Source: a virus. From it: a stretch of 64,000 bases of DNA. The stretch is taken from IMG/VR virus record IMGVR_UViG_3300045988_161245, positions 1-64,000 of that record. One strand, 5' to 3'. Shown here piece after piece: positions 9,344 through 17,053 of the stretch. The notes under the pieces are model-generated. The model was not told the origin of the DNA. It ran no database searches and was given only the letters and a program-made list of their open reading frames with translations. The number at the start of each line of letters is the position of its first letter. Within the stretch, counting starts at the first letter, position 1. Both the position numbers and the translations under genes were made by a program.

Positions 9344-9637
9344 TTAGAAATGTAAACCTTCATCTTTTAACGGAATTTTTAATCCTTTAGTCAATGTTTG
9401 AATCATCTGAAGTACATCATTGTTATCATACACAGTAAACCAATCATCATCTCTGTATTCATCAATATTCCAATCAAAATCGAATACTTCTCCTTCGTAT
9501 GGAATTACTTCTGTTGCACCAAACAGACCATCTGTGACCATAAGATTTCTTTCATCGACTGCTGTAAATACAATTCCACCTTCAGGATATTCCTGCATTA
9601 ATTTCTTAAATTGATCTTTATAATATTCTTTCATCAT
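9344..9637 (-). CDS. hypothetical protein (97 aa)
   Basis: Start moved to ATG 9637, which overlaps the upstream stop (ATGATG); the track start overlaps by 70 nt. Confidence 0.5.
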   Translation of the reverse strand: MMKEYYKDQFKKLMQEYPEGGIVFTAVDERNLMVTDGLFGATEVIPYEGEVFDFDWNIDEYRDDDWFTVYDNNDVLQMIQTLTKGLKIPLKDEGLHF

Positions 9638-10023
9638 TCTACTCCATACGGTGTCCAATCTGGAGTCCAATCTGGTTTGTGTATAATTGCTCCACCTGGG
9701 CAATATACTTCATCAATATTGAAATCTGGTTTACAATCTGCTAATGCCCACGATAGACAATTAATCATTTTCATAACTTCGGCTTTACTGAACGCTGCAA
9801 ATAAATCACCTTCATCATAATCTGCTTGAATATTTAGATCATCAGTTGACCAATTAGTTTCTTTATCGGTTTTATTAACCCAATCAAAACCTGGGACCAA
9901 ATCTAAATTACAATTATTTCCAACTTTAATCTTAATTTCCCCATCTGTTATTTCAGGTGTATATCCTACATAAACAGTACCGGCTGGAGCCTCAAGCAAT
10001 TCTTTTTTAGTTAAAATTTTCAT
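9634..10023 (-). CDS. hypothetical protein (129 aa)
   Basis: ORF track; packed array. Confidence 0.6.
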   Translation of the reverse strand: MKILTKKELLEAPAGTVYVGYTPEITDGEIKIKVGNNCNLDLVPGFDWVNKTDKETNWSTDDLNIQADYDEGDLFAAFSKAEVMKMINCLSWALADCKPDFNIDEVYCPGGAIIHKPDWTPDWTPYGVE

Positions 10024-10056
10024 TTATTCTCTCCAATAAAAAACATATTTTATGTA

Positions 10057-10317
10057 TTACTGCATTGCCTCTTTCAGAATCTCTTCTGCATTCTCTTTCA
10101 TGTAATTGGCAGTCTTAATATACCCCTTGATATTGGTCTCGTGTGTAAATCCTCTATATTTTACTCTAGCAGGACACACGCTAATAATATTTCCATTTTC
10201 ATCCTGATCAATAGCAATGGACCAACCAAACACCTGTAAAATTGTATTTGCCATCCATAACATTCCGCTTTCCTGGAACTCTTTCCAACTTTTTTCTTTT
10301 ACTGCTGCGTCATTCAT
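10057..10317 (-). CDS. hypothetical protein (86 aa)
   Basis: ORF track; packed array. Confidence 0.6.
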   Translation of the reverse strand: MNDAAVKEKSWKEFQESGMLWMANTILQVFGWSIAIDQDENGNIISVCPARVKYRGFTHETNIKGYIKTANYMKENAEEILKEAMQ

Positions 10318-10582
10318 TTAAAATTATCTCCCTTACTTTATTAATATATTTTAATACATCGTCTTTACCCATTTGCTTCAATGTTATTCCATTTGGAATT
10401 ATTACAAAATTTGCAACGTCATCAAAGTTATTTATAATTGCATTGTAATATTTAAAAGCCACATCAATATCAATCTTATTACTATCAAAACTCAAAAGAA
10501 TTAGATCGTTTTTACCAGGATGTAATTTTTTAACTCTAAATAATAATTTATCCTCAACTTTTTTCTTCTGTCGTTTATTCAT
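10310..10582 (-). CDS. hypothetical protein (90 aa)
   Basis: ORF track; 8-nt overlaps on both sides. Confidence 0.6.
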   Translation of the reverse strand: MNKRQKKKVEDKLLFRVKKLHPGKNDLILLSFDSNKIDIDVAFKYYNAIINNFDDVANFVIIPNGITLKQMGKDDVLKYINKVREIILNE

Positions 10583-10787
10583 CTATTTTGTCTCCGTATT
10601 TAACAAATATACCAAAGCTCAGACCTGTCAGAAGTCCAAAGTCCCATTGAAGCCCAGGATCTTCTATAAATATAGGTAGAACTGTAAATAGTATCATAAA
10701 TAAAAATGAAAATAGTATAACTGCAGCCTCTTTATTCTTCATCTTCGTAATCCCATTTTTCATACTCATGTATTCTTCTTTTTTCAA
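10575..10787 (-). CDS. small membrane protein (start uncertain; may begin at ATG 10742)
   Basis: Hydrophobic AAVILFSFLFMILFTVLPIFI segment; the track start is TTG and overlaps ORF 10732-10860. Confidence 0.45.
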   Translation of the reverse strand: MKKEEYMSMKNGITKMKNKEAAVILFSFLFMILFTVLPIFIEDPGLQWDFGLLTGLSFGIFVKYGDKIDE

Positions 10788-10860
10788 TTACATAAGCTAA
10801 TACTGCACATACATAAGTGACAGTTGCAATTATAAAATTTAATTTAGTTCTATTTTTCAT
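10732..10860 (-). CDS. small membrane protein (42 aa, below ORF-track cutoff)
   Basis: Hand-translated MKNRTKLNFIIATVTYVCAVLAYVIEKRR...; GGAGG 9 nt upstream; start overlaps the upstream stop. Confidence 0.5.
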   Translation of the reverse strand: MKNRTKLNFIIATVTYVCAVLAYVIEKRRIHEYEKWDYEDEE

Positions 10861-11482
10861 TTATTTTTTCCTCCAATACTTTAATTGCTAATTTCAGTAC
10901 ATTAATATTCAATTGACCTTTACCATCTAAGTAATTACTTATATTGTTTATAGCTGCTTGTTCAGGTTTTTCTTTTAGCTTATTACCTGTTTTTACAATT
11001 TCATAAACTTGCTCAATATTATCTTTGGTCCATAAATCACTATCACACCATCTGTAATCACATCCATCCACTTTAATAGTTTTACATTCTTCACAGTTAG
11101 AACAATGATATGCCATATCTAAAAATTTGTTAAGAAATTCATGGGCAGTCATTTCTCGATCCGTATCTAATAAATCTCTAGCAGTATCTGTAGCACTTGC
11201 GCCAATCCAATTAATGCCATTATATTTAAAAGTTAATACAATAGGTCCATCATGTTCAATTAATGGATTGTATGCAGTCGCTAAATCCCCATCGTACCAT
11301 CTAATTCCTTGTTTTTCTGCCTCTTTTAAAATAGCAGCAGCCTCATCTTTTGTTGTACACAATACATTCTTCTCTTTTAAATCAATCATATTTTCCACCT
11401 CTTCACTTTTAATAGGACAATACAATAAATTATCTCCTGGACGAAGATATTGAAAATACTTATTAGTCAATATAATCATCAT
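10850..11482 (-). CDS. hypothetical protein (210 aa; alternative start ATG 11386 has GAGGTGG RBS)
   Basis: ORF track; Cys-rich centre (HCSNCEECK); start uncertain. Confidence 0.55.
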   Translation of the reverse strand: MMIILTNKYFQYLRPGDNLLYCPIKSEEVENMIDLKEKNVLCTTKDEAAAILKEAEKQGIRWYDGDLATAYNPLIEHDGPIVLTFKYNGINWIGASATDTARDLLDTDREMTAHEFLNKFLDMAYHCSNCEECKTIKVDGCDYRWCDSDLWTKDNIEQVYEIVKTGNKLKEKPEQAAINNISNYLDGKGQLNINVLKLAIKVLEEKINEK

Positions 11483-11675
11483 CCAATCTGTCAGGATTCA
11501 TGTTGCATTTAGGACATCTTAATATAAGATCTTCATCTTCGTCAGTATAATAGTTATCGCCATAAATACGACACTCTTCGCAATAGTCTAAAGCATCTTG
11601 ATATTCTTCAAAATCATAATCATAGTCTTCGTCTACATCGTATTCTTCTGTATTATCTTCTTCTAATTCACTCAT
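11463..11675 (-). CDS. highly acidic zinc-ribbon protein (70 aa)
   Basis: MSELEEDNTEEYDVDEDYDYDFEEYQDALDYCEECR...CPKCN; start moved to ATG 11675 to avoid a 47-nt overlap. Confidence 0.5.
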   Translation of the reverse strand: MSELEEDNTEEYDVDEDYDYDFEEYQDALDYCEECRIYGDNYYTDEDEDLILRCPKCNMNPDRLDDDYID

Positions 11676-11691
11676 AAAATCTTTAGTCCTT

Positions 11692-11895
11692 TTATTTTTT
11701 TGGCAAAGTTCTTTTTGATGCAAACTTAATAATTTCATCTGCTAAAATTTGGCAACATTGAGTTCCATTACAAGATGAAACAGTATAATATCCTGGTATA
11801 AAACTATCTGAAATTCTATATACTATATTGCACACTGTATTATAATTTTCTTTATACCAATTTAATTCTTTTTTCAGTTTTTCTAGTTCAGTCAT
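11692..11895 (-). CDS. hypothetical protein (67 aa)
   Basis: ORF track; GGAGG upstream of ATG 11895. Confidence 0.6.
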   Translation of the reverse strand: MTELEKLKKELNWYKENYNTVCNIVYRISDSFIPGYYTVSSCNGTQCCQILADEIIKFASKRTLPKK

Positions 11896-11939
11896 AATAT
11901 TCCTCCATAAAACAGTGTTTCTATTGGACTAATAATTTC

Positions 11940-11969
11940 TTGAAATATATGGTAAATGTGTGGTACAAT
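11940..11969 (+). promoter_or_regulatory. sigma-A-type promoter, TTGAAA-18 nt-TGgTACAAT
   Basis: -35 at 11940-11945 and extended -10 at 11961-11969, read directly; faces against the gene array. Confidence 0.55.
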
Positions 11970-12123
11970 ACCTGCTAAGGTGTTTGGGTATCCAACACAT
12001 ACCCAAGGGACTGGCAAAATCTAAAATCACCTATTGGAACCGCTAGGTGTTAAGGCGGATCAGCTCCTGCGCAAAATATTAGCTAGTAACTTGTTAATTT
12101 GCTATGTTTGAAAGGAGTTGCCT

Positions 12124-12207
12124 ATGTTAAAGGAATTATTTAACAGCTGGAGCTTAATCTTCAGTATTATAGGTATAGTATTTGGTATTATCGCCAAATT
12201 ACTATAA
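12124..12207 (+). CDS. 27-aa hydrophobic peptide (type I toxin-like)
   Basis: AGGAG at 12113-12117, 6 nt before the ATG; MLKELFNSWSLIFSIIGIVFGIIAKLL; the only plus-strand ORF with both an RBS and a promoter. Confidence 0.5.
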   Translation: MLKELFNSWSLIFSIIGIVFGIIAKLL

Positions 12208-12226
12208 TATAGGTGATTTCGCCAGC

Positions 12227-12243
12227 TGTGGTATCATACCACA
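12227..12243. promoter_or_regulatory. palindrome TGTGGTATCATACCACA: hairpin and/or back-to-back extended -10 boxes
   Basis: Read on the minus strand it gives TGTGGTATGAT, the same extended -10 seen at 45878-45888 and 43414-43422, and would fire antisense to the peptide ORF. Confidence 0.4.
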
Positions 12244-12266
12244 CAATTTACTTCTTCATTTATCTA

Positions 12267-12677
12267 TTATTTTGTTCTGATAAAAGTCTGATTCTGTAGG
12301 TCTACAATATATTCTTTTACATTTATTGTTTCATCTAAATTTTTAATATAGTCCTTTACATGAATAAGATTATTATCTTTCTCATCAATTTCAAATTGCG
12401 GTTTATTTAAATATAAGCCACAAATTTTATATTCCTTAAAATCTTTATAAATTAGTGTATAATTTTTAGAATCTTTAGATTTCGAAAAGAAAAGTGCTGT
12501 TTTATCGAAAATTGATTTATATGTGATTTCTCCAAGTTTACTTTCTTCCATAACTCGTTGAATGTCATTTATATCATCTCTGCATTTATTAAGTTCTTCT
12601 GGCATATTAGAAACCTTTCTTTCAAGCCTATTTAGTCTACAAACTAATTCTTCATATTTCTTCTTACTAATCCACAT
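12267..12677 (-). CDS. hypothetical protein (136 aa), last gene of the RNA-repair block
   Basis: ORF track; 4 nt downstream of the Pnkp-type gene. Confidence 0.6.
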   Translation of the reverse strand: MWISKKKYEELVCRLNRLERKVSNMPEELNKCRDDINDIQRVMEESKLGEITYKSIFDKTALFFSKSKDSKNYTLIYKDFKEYKICGLYLNKPQFEIDEKDNNLIHVKDYIKNLDETINVKEYIVDLQNQTFIRTK

Positions 12678-12681
12678 TATT

Positions 12682-14868
12682 CTATTTCTCCTTGTAAAAC
12701 ATTTTTCTTAAAGTAACAATATCTCTTGGCAACTCATCAGCTTTACCATTTTCAAACTGTTTCTTGCACCAAGCGTAAAATTCTTTTGCTACCGGCGTAG
12801 TCAACAATGATGTCCTGTTTGTATAACCTTTCTTTAAAGTCTCATGAGCAATACCACGCATAAACTTCCAGAAATTGTAATATGTAAGTTTCAGCTTAAC
12901 CATATATCCATTAGCATCTTCGATTACAAATCCTTCGATCTTATCACCTCTGTACTCATAATCTTCTTCTAAAACCTCAAAATACCAATCATAAAATTCC
13001 TGCCATGTAGATAACTCATAAGCCTGTTTCTTGATTGTTAGTCCAAGATCACGACCAACATGTGCCATATCCTCATAATTGTATTTCTGGAAATCCAAAG
13101 TATTGTATACAATATCAAGCAAAACCAACTTACTTTCTGGATAATCAATAATATGTGGATCATGCTCCATGTCGCAGCATTCGAATACAAAAGAGACATC
13201 GTTCTCCTTAATATACTTCTTCATCTTTTTAAGATTCTCTTCAGAAATTTTCGTATAAACCATATCTCTCAGCCACTCAGAGAATTCACCTTCAGGATCA
13301 GACTTGCTTGTAATAAATAAGTCATCTGTATATTCATTCCAGGAAACAATTCCCAAAAATCCATTTTCTTTAACATAGGCAGCTACTGGGAATTTTAATG
13401 TACGTTGTAGTGTATCAAATTTAGTCTCTTCACGCTCGTTAACAGAAAAGAACTTTTCGTATGCCCTGGCTACTACTTTATACTTCTCAGAAGTATCCAG
13501 AAACAGACCTCTCGCTCTAATTGTTTGTGCGTTCCATTTCTTTTCATAAAATGCTGCTGGCGTAAAATTGAACGAAGAGATATTACCAAACTGCTTTTCA
13601 GAAATATATTTGTTGTTCCTCAAAGAGATAATTGCATCAGCAACATTACTTCCTAATGTATCTTCTACTTTTTCAGGCTCTCTGAATACATTGTTCTTAA
13701 CCTCATAGGATATACTTCCACCAGGAACAATATCAATACATCTCAGACAGCCACCAAACTCAACCTGTCCTTCCAAATCGTATACTCTTGGATTAACATT
13801 AATATCAAATCCTTTAGTATTTCTATGACCAAAAATCTGATAAGTATGTTCATCAGTAGTGGTGATAAATGTATCAGCAACTTGCTCTACATCGTTATAT
13901 CTACCAATTCCATGAATCATTTGATCGGTTGCAACAAAAGTAAGATTTTGTGGGATTGTACTCAGACCACCGTGAGTAACAAGATATGTATTTCCATGAT
14001 ATGTATAATAGGCACACTGAGCAAATTTTCTACACAGCTGCCGAAGATCTTTCTTACTGAAACCGGCTTTATCTAATGCAGGTTTTGTAAATAATTCAAA
14101 TTCTTTTGAAAATGACTTCTTATCTTCGCTATATTTCCTTAGATGAATTTCGTGATTGCCCTCAAGCAAAAGTACGTTTGGTTTATCCTTAATGCTTAAG
14201 AGAAACTGAACCACTTCCGCATTTTCAATTCCTCTGTCAATATAGTCTCCGCAAAATATAAAGAAGTGATCGTCCTTGATACCGCCAATTGCGTTCAAAT
14301 ATTTCTGTAAAGCTGTATTACAACCATGTATATCTCCTACGTGATGAATCACTTTATATTCGGACAAATCAATCTTTTTCATAAACACTTTATCAAGTTC
14401 TTCCGGCTTAATTACTGTAATACCGGACGGAATTCCCTGTGTCTTAAACCTACTATACATCTTATCAATAACAGCTTCAGGTACCTGTTTCATTGCAGCA
14501 CGAAGACTATTTCTTTTCTTACATTCCTCGATTGAAACATCTGTAAAATCAACAAGAAAAATTCTGTATCTATACTCCTGACATAATTTCTTATATTTGT
14601 TCATTTCAGAAGTCTTGGAATTAGTTGCATCTATAACTGTAAATTCTCCACGCTGCATTCTAACTTCCAGTAAGCTAAATAACGTCTTCCAAACAGTACC
14701 ATCATTACTCTGTGTAATCTCTGTGTTACCATTTGCAGATAATACCGGACTCTGACAGAGTAAACGAATATCATCTGCACATAATGTATATGGTTTTAAC
14801 CCATTTTTCTCAATATAAGTGCTCTTGCCAACTCCTGGAGCACCACGAAGTAATAATAAAGTTCTCAT
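12682..14868 (-). CDS. pnkp: Pnkp-type RNA repair enzyme: polynucleotide kinase / metallophosphatase / RNA ligase-like adenylyltransferase
   Basis: GAPGVGKST P-loop; GDIHGC, GDYIDRG, GNHE and THGG phosphoesterase motifs; C-terminal KENGF (motif I Lys), IEGFVIED and VKLKL ligase motifs, in the bacterial Pnkp domain order. Confidence 0.85.
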   Translation of the reverse strand: MRTLLLLRGAPGVGKSTYIEKNGLKPYTLCADDIRLLCQSPVLSANGNTEITQSNDGTVWKTLFSLLEVRMQRGEFTVIDATNSKTSEMNKYKKLCQEYRYRIFLVDFTDVSIEECKKRNSLRAAMKQVPEAVIDKMYSRFKTQGIPSGITVIKPEELDKVFMKKIDLSEYKVIHHVGDIHGCNTALQKYLNAIGGIKDDHFFIFCGDYIDRGIENAEVVQFLLSIKDKPNVLLLEGNHEIHLRKYSEDKKSFSKEFELFTKPALDKAGFSKKDLRQLCRKFAQCAYYTYHGNTYLVTHGGLSTIPQNLTFVATDQMIHGIGRYNDVEQVADTFITTTDEHTYQIFGHRNTKGFDINVNPRVYDLEGQVEFGGCLRCIDIVPGGSISYEVKNNVFREPEKVEDTLGSNVADAIISLRNNKYISEKQFGNISSFNFTPAAFYEKKWNAQTIRARGLFLDTSEKYKVVARAYEKFFSVNEREETKFDTLQRTLKFPVAAYVKENGFLGIVSWNEYTDDLFITSKSDPEGEFSEWLRDMVYTKISEENLKKMKKYIKENDVSFVFECCDMEHDPHIIDYPESKLVLLDIVYNTLDFQKYNYEDMAHVGRDLGLTIKKQAYELSTWQEFYDWYFEVLEEDYEYRGDKIEGFVIEDANGYMVKLKLTYYNFWKFMRGIAHETLKKGYTNRTSLLTTPVAKEFYAWCKKQFENGKADELPRDIVTLRKMFYKEK

Positions 14869-14916
14869 CCTATCTTACCATCGTAAGAGCTGCGCGCAAT
14901 TATCCCTGGGACTCGA

Positions 14917-14929
14917 ACTTATCCTTTCT
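14917..14929 (-). repeat. leader motif copy 3 (ACTTATCCTTTCT)
   Basis: 13/15 variant of the 8326/9287 motif in the leader of the Pnkp-type gene. Confidence 0.5.
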
Positions 14930-14931
14930 TT

Positions 14932-15219
14932 TTATTCTCCTAACGTAATTTTTCTATATTCTTCCGGTGTAATTTCACCTTTTTGCAACTTAATCTCTAA
15001 ATCCAATTTATTACTTCTTAGATTTAGACCATTAAGCTCAGATAAATAGCCTCGGATCTCATCAATTGCATATTCATTGTTTATATGTTGTTTGCTCTGA
15101 TCAACCAATGTTTCTCCAATACAGGACCATGTATGATCATATTCTCTAATTAAATAAATCAAATCATCCCTTGTGAGCTTGTCTAAATTTTCTTTTACAT
15201 ACTCCGGGAAATCTTTCAT
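14932..15219 (-). CDS. hypothetical protein (95 aa)
   Basis: ORF track; between the Thg1-like and Pnkp-type genes. Confidence 0.6.
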   Translation of the reverse strand: MKDFPEYVKENLDKLTRDDLIYLIREYDHTWSCIGETLVDQSKQHINNEYAIDEIRGYLSELNGLNLRSNKLDLEIKLQKGEITPEEYRKITLGE

Positions 15220-15476
15220 AATAATTCACCTGTTGCTTTCTTAATATAATTTTTCTGACCTAATAACGGACACCAATTTGGAATTTTTGTATAATCTGGG
15301 ATAATGCTTATATTATCATTTTCATTTGCACCACAAACATACACATTTCCATGTAGTCCAAATTTCCAAAATAGACTTTCTGGACAATCATTGCAATGAC
15401 TTATTGTAAACGTAACTTCATTCATTTTATTATCTAACATCCTCTTTATCATCAACTTTTTCAAAATTGAAAACAA
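15216..15476 (-). CDS. hypothetical Cys-containing protein (86 aa)
   Basis: ORF track; HCNDCP...WCP; 4-nt overlap with the downstream gene. Confidence 0.55.
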   Translation of the reverse strand: MFSILKKLMIKRMLDNKMNEVTFTISHCNDCPESLFWKFGLHGNVYVCGANENDNISIIPDYTKIPNWCPLLGQKNYIKKATGELL

Positions 15477-15511
15477 GAAACTGCTTTTCTTTGTATACTT
15501 TCATTGCAATA

Positions 15512-16375
15512 TCACTCTCCAACGAATACTAAATCATCAATATAGCGGCGATCTTCGCCTTTAAAAATAGAAATATTCTTATCTACCACCCATTTGGTTC
15601 GTGTAATATCATCTTGGGCATATTCTTTTTTTACACAGCAGCTTCCACGCTTTTTATAAGTTATAGAATCGTTCCAGTTGATACCTTTTTCAGTTAATAA
15701 CATATTTAAAATATCATTACATGATTTATTGTGTAGCTCTTTATGTGAAAAATTTGCTTGTCCAACCATTTGAATAGAGTTGCGTGTGGCATCGAGTTGT
15801 CTCCAGTAGAAATAATTTGTCACTTCTTCTTTCGGAATGTTAAAACATCTTGAGTCAAACATTGCTCTGTTACACTTAGAATAATATTTATCATAATATT
15901 CGTCTTCTAATTTATCAAACATAGGATCTGCTTCTTCAGAACTAATTTCTTTATTAGTAATTTTTTCATTAATCTTTGCACATTTTTCTTGAAAACTAAA
16001 TTCAACATTATCATAAAAGAACTTATTAAAAGCTAAAGTTGCCATACTTGCTGATATAGAACAAAGTTTCTGTACTTCATAATCAAACCAAGCTGCAGTA
16101 TCTAATTTTTTATAATCAATAAGTAGTAAAGATATTTCGTCAGACTGAGTATATCCAAGTACACAGCCCTCTATATTTTCACATAAATATTTCATTGTAT
16201 CCTGCATTGTTTTAACTAAAATATCATCAAAAGGTTTATCAAATGAGCGACAAAATGTGTGAAATGCCCTACCATCAATCCTCAGTATAACTGGGCATCT
16301 TCGTATTAATTTTGTCTTTGGAATCTGCTCATAATAGTCTTTCATTCTTTTACCAAGATCATCATTTACTGGCAT
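15512..16375 (-). CDS. Thg1-like protein (tRNA-His guanylyltransferase family 3'-5' polymerase)
   Basis: ILRIDGRAFHTF, YTQSDEISLL, FDSRCFNIP and YWRQLDATRNS match Thg1 blocks VVRLDGRNFHRF, YGQSDEYSFV, FDGRVVVYP and SWRQADCHINN. Confidence 0.85.
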   Translation of the reverse strand: MPVNDDLGKRMKDYYEQIPKTKLIRRCPVILRIDGRAFHTFCRSFDKPFDDILVKTMQDTMKYLCENIEGCVLGYTQSDEISLLLIDYKKLDTAAWFDYEVQKLCSISASMATLAFNKFFYDNVEFSFQEKCAKINEKITNKEISSEEADPMFDKLEDEYYDKYYSKCNRAMFDSRCFNIPKEEVTNYFYWRQLDATRNSIQMVGQANFSHKELHNKSCNDILNMLLTEKGINWNDSITYKKRGSCCVKKEYAQDDITRTKWVVDKNISIFKGEDRRYIDDLVFVGE

Positions 16376-16390
16376 ATTATTTCTCCCTTC

Positions 16391-16600
16391 TTACATAGGA
16401 TATACATAGTGTTTCTTATCCATTGCTTCCAAATCTTCATCACTTTCGTTTCCATAAATCACTTCACTATATATACCAGAGTACGGAACAATCCACTGAA
16501 GACATATAACACAATTATCTTTTTGTGCAATATCCCTGGATGCAATGTAATCAAATAAATCTGGTCTCTTATCGCATAAGAAACTTCTAATTTCTTTCAT
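16391..16600 (-). CDS. hypothetical protein (69 aa)
   Basis: ORF track; packed array. Confidence 0.55.
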   Translation of the reverse strand: MKEIRSFLCDKRPDLFDYIASRDIAQKDNCVICLQWIVPYSGIYSEVIYGNESDEDLEAMDKKHYVYPM

Positions 16601-16608
16601 AGTTTATT

Positions 16609-16794
16609 TCACCTACATTTTTTATTATTTTCAAAGAACAATTTACATGCAACAACATCTGTTTTATCCATTGAACATAATGAATAATAACCGCACTTTT
16701 TATTTCCATAACGATCAAAACATATTGAAGAACCATGATTTTTTACTTTTGTTTTCTCACATTTTATGCATTTCTTACAATCTGTTTCACACAT
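16609..16794 (-). CDS. Cys-rich small protein (61 aa)
   Basis: ORF track; multiple CxxC pairs. Confidence 0.5.
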   Translation of the reverse strand: MCETDCKKCIKCEKTKVKNHGSSICFDRYGNKKCGYYSLCSMDKTDVVACKLFFENNKKCR

Positions 16795-16819
16795 AAATCC
16801 TCCACATAAAATATCGTTT

Positions 16820-17053
16820 TTATTCTGCCCTCATATTCCATTTTTCAATAGCTTCATTCTTTGCTTTGGAAATTTCTATAGTCTCATCACTATACGAAAT
16901 ATCTTTTGTAATCGTACTTCCTTTTGCGTGGCATCTATTACACATTACATAAAAGCTCATCCTTACAATTTTCTTCCATGGATCTTTGAATTTTGTTTTG
17001 TGTCCAACTTTTAGTTTATCGCTCCCACAAAAGGGACATTTTAACAGTTCCAT
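16820..17053 (-). CDS. Lar-family restriction alleviation-like protein
   Basis: LKCPFCGSDKL...VMCNRCHAKG...AIEKWNMRAE fits the Lar-family pattern CPFCG...C..C...AI..WN.R. Confidence 0.55.
   Translation of the reverse strand: MELLKCPFCGSDKLKVGHKTKFKDPWKKIVRMSFYVMCNRCHAKGSTITKDISYSDETIEISKAKNEAIEKWNMRAE

Noticed and set aside
11977-12110. Riboswitch in the leader of the plus-strand peptide gene (the AACCGC and GATCAGCTCC strings recalled the fluoride class)
   Set aside because: The defining conserved blocks (e.g. GAUGG…UC.CC) are absent, and no other riboswitch consensus is recognisable by eye. I treated it as a generic structured 5' UTR.
14904-14918. tRNA T-loop-like string (minus-strand GTTCGAGTCCCAGGG) in the leader of the Pnkp-type gene
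   Set aside because: The five bases 5' of the TTCGAGT loop (ATAAG) cannot pair with CCCAG, so there is no T-stem. There is also no acceptor or anticodon arm and no CCA context. It may be a tRNA-derived fragment at most.
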